Part shown: piece by piece, positions 48,497-57,062 of the stretch
How the letters are laid out: each line of letters begins with the position of its first letter
Position numbering within the stretch: the stretch's first letter is position 1
NCBI GenBank assembly: GCA_022616055.1
Contig: JAKEFM010000003.1
Location: forward strand, 5,091-69,090
From: Planctomycetota bacterium
GTDB lineage: Bacteria > Planctomycetota > UBA1135 > JAKEFM01
Length of the DNA: 64,000 nt
Direction of reading: 5' to 3'
Translations under genes and position numbers: made by a program
Notes under the pieces: generated by a model
Told to the model about the DNA's origin: nothing
Seen by the model: only the letters and a program-made list of their open reading frames with translations
Databases searched by the model: none

Positions 48497-50752
48497 TCAC
48501 TTCTCCCGGAGCGCGATCGCCCCGAGATCCCTCACCTCTCCCGCGGACTCCAGGACGACCTCCATCGAGCGGCGCCGGAGCCCCGATTCGACGGCGAGGG
48601 TGAAGCGGCGCGCAGCGGGGAGCCCCCCCACGTCGAAGGAACCGTCCTGGCCGGAGCGCGCCCGGGCGAGGACCTGTACTGGCGGACAGTACGCGGTCAC
48701 GTGGGCGCCCGGGATCGCCTCGCCGCGGTCGTCCACCGCCCGACCGCGAAGGCGACATTCAGGCTCGAGTTCGATCACGACCAGGCTCTCCTCCTCGTGG
48801 GGCTCGGGTCGGCGTGCGACCTCGGCCCATGCGTGGCGAGGCGCCGTGACCTCGAAGCCGGCCGTCTGTCTGGGTGCCGGACCGTAGCGGAACCCTCCGT
48901 CCGCGTCCGTCACGAACGTCGTCGGCTGGTACCACTTGGACCCGGCGTAGACCACCTCGACCCGGGCGCCGGCGACTGGGAGCCCCGTCGTACGCGAGCG
49001 AACGGTTCCGGCGAAAACCACCGGTCTTGTCGCGAGACAGAGGTCGCATTCCACTTCCGCGGCCTCGGGAATCTCGATCTCGCGCGCTTCGAGGAAGCCG
49101 GCGTGCATCGTCGCCACGCTCCAGACGCCGGGGGAGCAGAGCTGGTGGTAATACCGTCCCTCGGCGTCCGTCACCGCCTTGTTAGATTCTCTCGAGCGCG
49201 ACTCGCGGTAGTCCCAGTACGCCTTCGCCGCCGCGCCGAGGACCGGATTCACGTACGGGACGCTGCGCGGGCCGTCGATCAGGACGGCGGCGCTAGGGAC
49301 CGGCCGACCCTCGGCGTCGACGACCCGACCCTTCAGCCGGGGGAGCTCCTCCGGACGGGGAAGGCGGACCGTGAGGTCGTCCCGCGACTTCTGGACCTCG
49401 TGATGCCAGTAGGCGAGGACCGGTAGGTGCCCTTCCGCCTCGACGAGGAGATCCACCCCCGCGAGGTGGTCCGGGATCGGGCCGCCAAACGTCCCGTCCG
49501 GGCCGGCCATCGCGACGAAGATCTGGGCCTCGATCCTCCTCGGCTCCTCCTCCCCGAGGACGAAATCGTCGCTGCGCGCGAACACCCGGGCTCCGGGAAT
49601 GGTGCGATCCCCGAAGACTTCGACGACGCGCCCCTGGATCTCCCTCGGCCGATCGAGGAGGAGCATGACGTCCGAGATCTCGAAAGGGAGCGCGGAGACG
49701 CGGTCCGTACGCCTCCCCGGCCAGGAGAGGAGGCCGTCCTTCGACGCCTCGATCCGGAGCGTCAGGGGTGGGGAGGATTCCCCCGCCTCTGCGCTGAGGT
49801 GGAAGGTTCCGCCGGCCCCGCTCTCCGTGGAGCCGAGTTCCTTCCCCGTCTCGAGCGCGACCAGCCGCACGTGGGCGCGCGCGACGGGATTGCCTCCCCT
49901 CTCCAGCACAGATCCGCGATAGCGAACGGCGCTCGAGCGCTCCCCCTGAGGTTGGGACTCAGGGGCCTGGACCCTGCTCGATTCGAGGGAGGATCTCGTC
50001 GGACTCGGCGACTCCACCGCGGGCTCCGGGAAACGCGCGAGGATCTCCGGCACAGAGGGGAGTGCGGAGGATCGGGCAACCTCGGGGGCCGGGGACGGAG
50101 ACTCCGGCCAGAAGGAGACCCCGAGGCCGATCAGCAGGGCGGCGGATATCGCAACCTTTGCACTCACGCTCATGGCTACGCCTCCGGCGAGGGCCCCGAC
50201 GATTCCCGCCTTGGGAGCCGCGAACGGCGCGAGCGCCGCGCACCACGCCGGGCGGTCGCCTCCCCACTCGCGGTCGAGCCGTGCCCTCAATCGTGCGAGG
50301 CCGCGCTTCAGGCGCGTCCGGGCCGTCTCCACCGGCACGGCCAGTCTCTTCGCGATCGCCCGCGGCGGGAGGTCCTCGTAGAAGCGCAGGATCACCGCGG
50401 AGCGGTAGGGCTCCTCCAGCGCGAGCACCGCGTCCACGACCCGGCTGCGGGCCTCCTCGCGCGCGACGATCTCGTGGGTCGAGGGGACCGCTTCGGGGTG
50501 AGCCGCCGCCCTCTCCCGTCGTGCGCGCCGGGCGTCCGCGCGCGCGAACCGACGGGCGAAGTTGCGAAGGACGGTGAGCAGCCAGCCCCGCGGGGCCTCC
50601 GCCGACCCCGGGGGATGCTCCAGGACCGCGACCCAGGTCTCCTGCTCCAGGTCTTCCGCCCGGCCGGCGTCGCGGATGAGCGTGCGCGCCAGCGCCCGGA
50701 CGAAGTCGGCGTCCGCGAGGAGGGCCCGAGGGTCGAGGGGAGCCCGCTCCAT
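48497..50752 (-). CDS. ECF sigma-70 factor fused via a TM helix to carboxypeptidase-regulatory-like domains (751 aa)
   Basis: Sigma2 (FVRALARTL..D..RAEDLEQETW, GWLLTVLRN) and sigma4 (LEEPYRSAVILRFYEDL...TARTRLKRG), TM (KVAISAALLIGLGVSFW), then repeated GRVVD..G.PV.GA modules. Confidence 0.9.
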   Translation of the reverse strand: MERAPLDPRALLADADFVRALARTLIRDAGRAEDLEQETWVAVLEHPPGSAEAPRGWLLTVLRNFARRFARADARRARRERAAAHPEAVPSTHEIVAREEARSRVVDAVLALEEPYRSAVILRFYEDLPPRAIAKRLAVPVETARTRLKRGLARLRARLDREWGGDRPAWCAALAPFAAPKAGIVGALAGGVAMSVSAKVAISAALLIGLGVSFWPESPSPAPEVARSSALPSVPEILARFPEPAVESPSPTRSSLESSRVQAPESQPQGERSSAVRYRGSVLERGGNPVARAHVRLVALETGKELGSTESGAGGTFHLSAEAGESSPPLTLRIEASKDGLLSWPGRRTDRVSALPFEISDVMLLLDRPREIQGRVVEVFGDRTIPGARVFARSDDFVLGEEEPRRIEAQIFVAMAGPDGTFGGPIPDHLAGVDLLVEAEGHLPVLAYWHHEVQKSRDDLTVRLPRPEELPRLKGRVVDAEGRPVPSAAVLIDGPRSVPYVNPVLGAAAKAYWDYRESRSRESNKAVTDAEGRYYHQLCSPGVWSVATMHAGFLEAREIEIPEAAEVECDLCLATRPVVFAGTVRSRTTGLPVAGARVEVVYAGSKWYQPTTFVTDADGGFRYGPAPRQTAGFEVTAPRHAWAEVARRPEPHEEESLVVIELEPECRLRGRAVDDRGEAIPGAHVTAYCPPVQVLARARSGQDGSFDVGGLPAARRFTLAVESGLRRRSMEVVLESAGEVRDLGAIALREK

Positions 50753-50756
50753 GTCC

Positions 50757-50794
50757 GTACGCCACCACAAGCCCGGACGGACCGGAAGCGGTTC
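50757..50794 (-). promoter_or_regulatory. Conserved ECF-type promoter module, copy 1
   Basis: GAACCG-CTTCCGGTCCGT-CCGGGC-TTGTGGTGGCGTAC-N4-ATG, same layout as 56500..56537. Confidence 0.7.
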
Positions 50795-50808
50795 GGCCCC
50801 GAGGCTCC

Positions 50809-52974
50809 CTAGAAGATTTGCCCGATGATCAGGAAGGCGGCCTTCTCCCCGTTCTCGGCGAGGCCGTAGCCGAGGTAGACCGGCCCGATCGGCGTCGCGA
50901 GTCCCGCGAAGGCGCTGCCGGCGAAGATGATCGAGTGGCTGTTCGTCGTGTCCCACCCGTCCCAGACCCCCCCCGCCTCGAACGAGCCTCCGAGGTAGAC
51001 CCCCCCCATCTTGCGGTAGGTGATCAGGGAGGCGACCCCCCCTTCGGGGCCGGCGCGGGCGGTACCGCCGAGGCCGGTGAGACGGAAGAGGCCGCCGACG
51101 GCGAAGGCCTCGGGGACCTGCGTCTCGCCTCCCGTCTCGAACTGGAGGGAGGAGAGGAGGCCGACCGATTGGCCCGCGACCGTGGCGACGGCGTACCCCC
51201 CGACGTCGACGACTTCGAAGTCCTCGTCCGCGCCGAGGGACTCGAAGCGCCGCTTCCACTTCGCCAGGGCCCGCACGCCCGACGTGGGGAAGATCGAGGC
51301 ATTGAGGGTGTCGATCTCGAGGCTCGCGTGCAGCCCGTTGTCGTCGAAGTCCCCCTCGATCGAGGGGTGGACGTCGTCGAAGTCGAGGTCCCCCGCCTGG
51401 AAGTCGATGCCGAAGCGCAGCTCCGACCATCCCCCGAGGTGAGCGCCGGCGTCGAGCCGCCCTCCTCCGCGCTGGACGATCGCGTCGGTCTGGACGCCCC
51501 CGATGTCCGCCCGGACCGGGAAACGCTCGTAGCCGATGGCCGGCGCCACGAAGAGGCGGCGGCTCGACTCGAGGGGCTGGAACCACTCGCTCGCGAACGA
51601 GGTGTTCGTCCCGAGCCTCACCGCCGTCCGCCACTCCGCGTCGGTCTCGCCGATCAGCGCGTGGGTGTAGTTGAGACCGAGCGTCAGGGCCCCCGCGCCG
51701 TCGAAATCGGTCGAGGTGTCGAACCCGAAGCGCAGGTATCCGGGCCCCCAGCTCTTCTCGTCCGCCTTGATCTCGAGGATGTGGCTGCCGTCCGGTTGTC
51801 GCAGCAGGCGGAAGCGGACCTTCTCGAAGAGGTCCGACCCGTAGACGCGCTCGAGGTCCTTCTGCAGCCGCAGGAGGTCGAGGGGCTCGCCGACCTTCGT
51901 GCGGAGGTGGGACGCGACCGCCGCCCGAGACACCGCGGAGGTCGTCTCGATCCGGATCTCGGCGAGGACGGGGAGCGGCTTCGCGGGGCGCCGCTGGCGG
52001 GAGCGCCACCGCTCGTACTCCTCCGGCGACACCGAGTAGCGCGACAGCTCCTCGGCGCGGCTTCGCGCGTACGCCTTCCCGATCGCGATGAGCTCCGCGG
52101 CGCGCACGAAGTCGGAGGTCGAGAGATGCCCCAGGTCCGGCCGGATGAGCAGGTCCTGGGGCCCGAGGGACTCGACCGCCTCCCTCACGGGCCTCTCGAG
52201 CAGGATCGAGAACATCTGGGATGTGATCCCGAAAAGGTCGTTGATCTCCTCGCGCTTCAAGGGAGGCGTCCCGATGTCGACGGCGATCAGGCGCGCGGCC
52301 CCCATGGCGCGCGCGGCGTCGACCGGCAGGTTGTCGACGAGGAATCCGTCGACCAGCAGTCGATCTCCCCACTCGACGGGGGCGAAGATCCCCGGCAGCG
52401 ACATGCTCGAGCGCATCGCGAGCGGCAGGTCGCCACGGTCGAACATGACCCGGCTCCCGTCCGCGATGTTCGTCGACACGCAGCGGAACGGGATCGGGAG
52501 GTCGTCGAAGGAGGCGAGGTCGTGGGCCTCGAGCGCGAGCTGGTCGAGGACGAGGCCGAGGTTCTGACCCTGGATCAGGCCCTTCGGCAGCGCGATCTTC
52601 CCGTCGCGCACGCCGACCCGGGCCTGGACGAGGAAGTCGTACTCCTCCTGCTTGCGGCGGATCGTGAGGTCGGCCCGCCTCGGGAAGTCCTGCAGGATGT
52701 AGGGCCAGTCGACCGAGAGGACCCACCGCTCGATCTCCTCGGGGGCGAGTCCGTAGGCGTAGAGCCCGCCGACGATCGAGCCCATGCTCGTGCCGGCGAT
52801 GCAGTCGACCGGCACGCGCAACTCCTCAAGGACCTCGAGGACGCCGATGTGCGCGAGGCCGCGCGCGCCTCCCCCGCTGAGGACGAGCCCGACACGCGGC
52901 CGGGGCTGAGTCTGCTGTGCGGGCAGGGCTGTCGCGACGAGCGCGCCGGAGAGGCCGAGGGGGAGGAGGAACAT
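50809..52974 (-). CDS. PlpD-like patatin-POTRA-beta-barrel protein (type Vd autotransporter-like)
   Basis: Signal peptide; LSGGGARG, GTSMG, LVDG; POTRA-like LQKDLERVYGSDLFEKV; barrel ending TPIGPVYLGYG...IGQIF. Confidence 0.92.
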   Translation of the reverse strand: MFLLPLGLSGALVATALPAQQTQPRPRVGLVLSGGGARGLAHIGVLEVLEELRVPVDCIAGTSMGSIVGGLYAYGLAPEEIERWVLSVDWPYILQDFPRRADLTIRRKQEEYDFLVQARVGVRDGKIALPKGLIQGQNLGLVLDQLALEAHDLASFDDLPIPFRCVSTNIADGSRVMFDRGDLPLAMRSSMSLPGIFAPVEWGDRLLVDGFLVDNLPVDAARAMGAARLIAVDIGTPPLKREEINDLFGITSQMFSILLERPVREAVESLGPQDLLIRPDLGHLSTSDFVRAAELIAIGKAYARSRAEELSRYSVSPEEYERWRSRQRRPAKPLPVLAEIRIETTSAVSRAAVASHLRTKVGEPLDLLRLQKDLERVYGSDLFEKVRFRLLRQPDGSHILEIKADEKSWGPGYLRFGFDTSTDFDGAGALTLGLNYTHALIGETDAEWRTAVRLGTNTSFASEWFQPLESSRRLFVAPAIGYERFPVRADIGGVQTDAIVQRGGGRLDAGAHLGGWSELRFGIDFQAGDLDFDDVHPSIEGDFDDNGLHASLEIDTLNASIFPTSGVRALAKWKRRFESLGADEDFEVVDVGGYAVATVAGQSVGLLSSLQFETGGETQVPEAFAVGGLFRLTGLGGTARAGPEGGVASLITYRKMGGVYLGGSFEAGGVWDGWDTTNSHSIIFAGSAFAGLATPIGPVYLGYGLAENGEKAAFLIIGQIF

Positions 52975-53057
52975 GGCGCGCGAGTCTACTGTCGAGGGGT
53001 TCCCCCGGGCGACCTCGACGGCGTGGGAAGGGCGGCGACGGAGTGGCGGCCGGCCCG

Positions 53058-56000
53058 TCAGGGGATCTCGACGTCGACCTCCGGCCGTTCCCCGACTTCG
53101 ATCGCGACCTCCTGCTCCCGCGGCTGCCCGCCCGGGGCCTCGACCCGTATGCGGTAATTCCCGGGGAGAAGCGTGGGATAGAGCCTCCCGTTCGTGCGAC
53201 CATGGAGCGCATAGGCCACCCGACCCGCGCTGTCCCGGATCTCCATGCGCACGGCCGTCTCCCCGATCGACACCCGCGCGCTCCGGAGGCGAACGTGGAG
53301 GCTCACGGCCGGCACGGCGTCGACGTCGTAGCGGATCTCTTCCTCCCCCTCGGGGACGTCGAGGTGGACCGGATGTCCCGAGGGGAGGTAGGGCCCGCCC
53401 CAGAGACGGACGCGGTGCTTCCCCGGCCGGAATCCCGTCAGCCGGTACGAGCGGTCCTTCCCCAGATGGGTGCTCGGGCCATCTCTCTCGCCCTCCCGGC
53501 GGAATCCGAGTTCGAACTCCCCGTCCGCGGGCAGGCCCCGGACGAACCCCCGGACCGTCACCCCCCTGTCGAGGGACACGGCGATCGGATCGGGAGGGCT
53601 CCCCGGAGTCACCGCGATCCCGGCTCGCTCCCAGGGAGCGAAACCCTCGGAGGTCACGCGCAGCGTCCACGTTCCGGCGGGCGCCTTGACCCTGAATCGG
53701 CCCGGCGCGGGCTTCTCGCCCTTCACGACGCGACTCCCATCCGAGAGCTCTACCTCGAAGTCGAGGAAGGGAGCGCCGCTCTCGGCGTCCCGCACCGTCC
53801 CCTCGACCGTCGCCGCGGCTGCGTCTTCCTCCTCCCCGGCCGGTACGCGGATGACGACGTCCTCCGCGTCCGTCCGGACGCCGGTCAGGACGGCGCGAAC
53901 CTCCGACTCGTCCTCCTTCTTCCGCGGCCTCTTCCAGAGAGCGACCAGGGTGTAGGGGCCCTCGGGGAGGTCGCGGGCCTCGAAGGAGCCGTCCTCGCCC
54001 GAGATGGCGCTCCCGTAGACGCGCGGCCCGGGGAGGCCGGCGGCGTCCCCTCGGTCTCCCCGCTCGACCCTCGCGGCGGCGATCTGCCCGGTCGGGATCG
54101 CCGGATTCACGACGTAGAGGGGGACGTCACGGGCCGGAGCGCCGTCCGGGAGGAGGACCCTGCCGGCCACTCGATGTCCGGGGGCGAGGACCACCCGGAC
54201 TTCCGGGGGATTCTCCGCCGAGGGGACGACGTCCGGCGTGCGGACGGGGCGGTATCCCGGCGCGCGGACGACCAGCCTCCTCGGATCGCGCTTCTCCCCC
54301 TCCTCCAGGAGCTGGAAGAAAACGCGGAGCCGCCCGTCCTCGCCGGTGACCGCCATGTCGATCGGATCGGGTCCCGAGGGCATCGCCCCTCCGACCGGGC
54401 GGCCCTGCTCGTCCACGACGACGAGGTCGATCGCCGGATCGGTCTTGAGGAGGATGTCGGCGACTTCCGTCTCCTCCCCCGCGCGGAGGGTCGCCCCGAG
54501 CTGCGAGCTCGTGCTCCCCGAGCCCTTCGCGCGAGCGAGGATCGTCACGCGGGAGGCGCTCGGGCTCGCCGGGATGTCGGAGATCGCGAATCGGCCCGCC
54601 GCATCCGTCACGTCCGAGGGGTACCCGAGTCCAACGATCTCGAGCGAGGAGGCCTGCCGCCCCCGTTCGTGGCAGAAGGCGAGGACCGAGACCCCGGGGA
54701 TCGGCGTTCCCCTCCCATCGACGACCCTTCCCCGGACCTTCGCGGAGCGCCACAGCCTCACGGTCGAGTCTGTGGCTTCCCCGTCCTTGACGTGGAGGAC
54801 CTCATCGGACCCCTCGGCGTAGCCCGCGGCCCTCGCCGTCACGAATCCGAGGATCGGCCCGCGCCGCCCGTGGACGTCGGTGCCGCGACGATGGAATCCC
54901 GCCGCCGGGAGATGTTCGATCCCGAAGGTGCCGTCGGCGGCGGAGACCCCCTCGGCGAGAAGGTGCGGATTCCAGGGACTCTGGATGTGCCTTCCGCCCA
55001 GGGAGAAGCTCCCGGTCCCGTCCCACCCCCACAGCCGCACCGTCGCACCAGCGATCGGGGAATCGCTCTCCGCTTCGACGACCCGGCCGCGGAGCGTCGC
55101 GCCGCGGATCAGGACGAGGTCGTGGCGAGCGCTCCCCTCCGTCTCGGGGGAGACGGGAGACCCGATCCGCAGGGGAGCGAAGCCGGCCGCCTCGACGTCG
55201 AGCGACCACGCCAGGCCCATGCCCGTCCCCTCCGTGGCGCGGGGGGAAGGGATCCCCTCGATCCGGTAGGAGCCGTCGGGACCCGAGACGGTCTGCCGCT
55301 CGACCTGCGCGCTGGCGAGGAGGCCCAGCCAGCGGATCCGGGCGCCCGCGACCGTGCGTCCCTCCCGGTCCGCGACGGTGCCAACGAAGGCACGGGCAGG
55401 GTCGAGGACGAGCCGGACGTCCCCTCCGGGCCGGAGCGAGGTCGCGATCTTCGGAGAGAACCCATCCGCCTCGACGAGGACGCTGAAGTAGGTCGACCTC
55501 CCCCCGAGCGGGACCTCGAACCGTCCCTTCGTGTCGGTCTCGGTCCTCTGGACCGGATCCGACTCCGGGTCGGGGGACAATCGGACCGCGCGTCCCAGGC
55601 TCTCCGGGTAGGAGAAGACGCGCGCGCCCCCGACCGGACGACCCCCCCGGTCGACGACGATGCCCGAGGCCCGGGGGCCTTCCTCTCCCAGCGGCCGGCG
55701 TTCGGCGCCGGGGGGGTTCGCCTGGTCCCGTTCGATTCCCACCTCCGGGGCGACCGCCAGCCTCGCATCCGCACTCGACGAGGGGCCGGGAGCGGCACCG
55801 ACCTCGAGCACGCGCGCGACCTGCGGCGGCGAAACCGAGCCCTCCGGCCAGAACGCGATGGAGAGTCCGAGGAGGAGGGCGGCGGCGATCGAGACCTTCG
55901 CGCCCGTCTTCATGGCGACGATTCCTCCCGCGAGGGCTCCCGGGAGCCCCGACTTCCTTGCCAGGAGCGGCGCGAGCGCCGCGCACCACGCCGAGCGGTC

Positions 56001-56495
56001 CCCGCCCCACTCCCCGTCGAGCCGCGCTCGCAGCTGCGCGAGTCCGCGCTTGATCCTCGTCCGGGCGGTCTCGACGGGGACAGCGAGCCTCCTCGCGATC
56101 GCCCGCGGCGGGAGGTCCTCGTAGAAGCGCAGCACGATCGCCGACCGGTAGGGCTCCTCGAGGGCGAGCACGGCCTCGACGACCCGGCGGCGCGACTCCT
56201 CGCGGGCAACGATGTCGTGGGACGAGGGGACCGGCTCGGGGCGCGCCGCCGCGCTCTCCCACCGTGTTCGACGGATCTCCGCGCGAGAGAGCCGGCGCGC
56301 GAGGTTGCGCAGGACGGTGAGGAGCCACCCGCGCGAGGACTCGACCGTCCGGGGGGGATGCTCCAGGGTCGCGACCCAGGTCTCCTGCGCGAGGTCGTCC
56401 GCCCTCGCCGCGTCGTGGACGAGGGTGCGCGCGAGGGCCCGGACGAAGTCCGCGTGCGCGAGCAGCGCTTGGGGATCGGGGGGGACGCGCCCCAT
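53058..56495 (-). CDS. ECF sigma-70 factor fused via a TM helix to many carboxypeptidase-regulatory-like domains (1145 aa)
   Basis: First ~220 aa closely match 48497..50752; TM KVSIAAALLLGLSIAFW; a longer, divergent series of beta-sandwich modules follows. Confidence 0.9.
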   Translation of the reverse strand: MGRVPPDPQALLAHADFVRALARTLVHDAARADDLAQETWVATLEHPPRTVESSRGWLLTVLRNLARRLSRAEIRRTRWESAAARPEPVPSSHDIVAREESRRRVVEAVLALEEPYRSAIVLRFYEDLPPRAIARRLAVPVETARTRIKRGLAQLRARLDGEWGGDRSAWCAALAPLLARKSGLPGALAGGIVAMKTGAKVSIAAALLLGLSIAFWPEGSVSPPQVARVLEVGAAPGPSSSADARLAVAPEVGIERDQANPPGAERRPLGEEGPRASGIVVDRGGRPVGGARVFSYPESLGRAVRLSPDPESDPVQRTETDTKGRFEVPLGGRSTYFSVLVEADGFSPKIATSLRPGGDVRLVLDPARAFVGTVADREGRTVAGARIRWLGLLASAQVERQTVSGPDGSYRIEGIPSPRATEGTGMGLAWSLDVEAAGFAPLRIGSPVSPETEGSARHDLVLIRGATLRGRVVEAESDSPIAGATVRLWGWDGTGSFSLGGRHIQSPWNPHLLAEGVSAADGTFGIEHLPAAGFHRRGTDVHGRRGPILGFVTARAAGYAEGSDEVLHVKDGEATDSTVRLWRSAKVRGRVVDGRGTPIPGVSVLAFCHERGRQASSLEIVGLGYPSDVTDAAGRFAISDIPASPSASRVTILARAKGSGSTSSQLGATLRAGEETEVADILLKTDPAIDLVVVDEQGRPVGGAMPSGPDPIDMAVTGEDGRLRVFFQLLEEGEKRDPRRLVVRAPGYRPVRTPDVVPSAENPPEVRVVLAPGHRVAGRVLLPDGAPARDVPLYVVNPAIPTGQIAAARVERGDRGDAAGLPGPRVYGSAISGEDGSFEARDLPEGPYTLVALWKRPRKKEDESEVRAVLTGVRTDAEDVVIRVPAGEEEDAAAATVEGTVRDAESGAPFLDFEVELSDGSRVVKGEKPAPGRFRVKAPAGTWTLRVTSEGFAPWERAGIAVTPGSPPDPIAVSLDRGVTVRGFVRGLPADGEFELGFRREGERDGPSTHLGKDRSYRLTGFRPGKHRVRLWGGPYLPSGHPVHLDVPEGEEEIRYDVDAVPAVSLHVRLRSARVSIGETAVRMEIRDSAGRVAYALHGRTNGRLYPTLLPGNYRIRVEAPGGQPREQEVAIEVGERPEVDVEIP

Positions 56496-56499
56496 GGCG

Positions 56500-56537
56500 G
56501 TACGCCACCACAATCCCGGCCGAAGGGGAATCGGTTC
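56500..56537 (-). promoter_or_regulatory. Conserved ECF-type promoter module, copy 2
   Basis: GAACCG-ATTCCCCTTCGG-CCGGGA-TTGTGGTGGCGTAC-N4-ATG. Confidence 0.7.
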
Positions 56538-56694
56538 GGGGGCGCCCCGCCCCGCGCGGTTCGGGAAGGAACTCGGGCTCGGCTCGAGGCCGCCGACCTT
56601 CTCGAGGTCGCATCTCCACGGGGAGGGCCCCCCGCTCGATCCGGCCCGTGCCCTCGCTGGGCGGGATTCCAAAGCGGGCGGAGCCGGTAATCTC

Positions 56695-56723
56695 GTTGCC
56701 GAAATACCGTACATTTTGGCAAC
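56695..56723. promoter_or_regulatory. Inverted-repeat operator overlapping a -10 box
   Basis: GTTGCCGAAA-N9-TTTTGGCAAC (9/10 match) around TACATT, ending at ATG 56724. Confidence 0.55.
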
Positions 56724-57062
56724 ATGCTGCCTCGAATTTGCAGGATCCCGGAGCGGCGGTCGTGCCGCCTCCTCGGACCTCGCCAGACGGGGAAGAGCTC
56801 CCTCCTCACCGGCCTCCTCCCCCGCCGGGCGTGGACCGGCGACCTCCCCTTCGAGCGCCACGGCCGCCTGCGGCTCGCCGCCGAGATCAAGGCGAAGCGC
56901 CACGTCGTGGGGGCCGACGTCGAGGGGCTGCGCTCCTTAGCCGAGGCCCACCCGGGGGACCCTCGCGCCGTCGTCGCCCTCGTCCCCGAACCCTACCGGT
57001 TCGAGGGGGTGGAAGTTCTCCCCTTCGCGCGGTTCTTCGAGCGGCTCGGGGAGCGACTCTAG
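56724..57062 (+). pseudogene. Internally deleted AAA+ ATPase / DUF4143 gene remnant
   Basis: Walker A GPRQTGKS at the N-terminus joined directly to the C-terminal AAEIK nuclease-like tail, 112 aa in total; Walker B and the middle domain are missing. Confidence 0.75.

Noticed and set aside
48497-52726. Apparent 1409-aa ECF protein in the ORF track
   Set aside because: The N-terminal 658 aa are an alternative frame of the PlpD-like gene; the paralog alignment and promoter module place the start at 50752.
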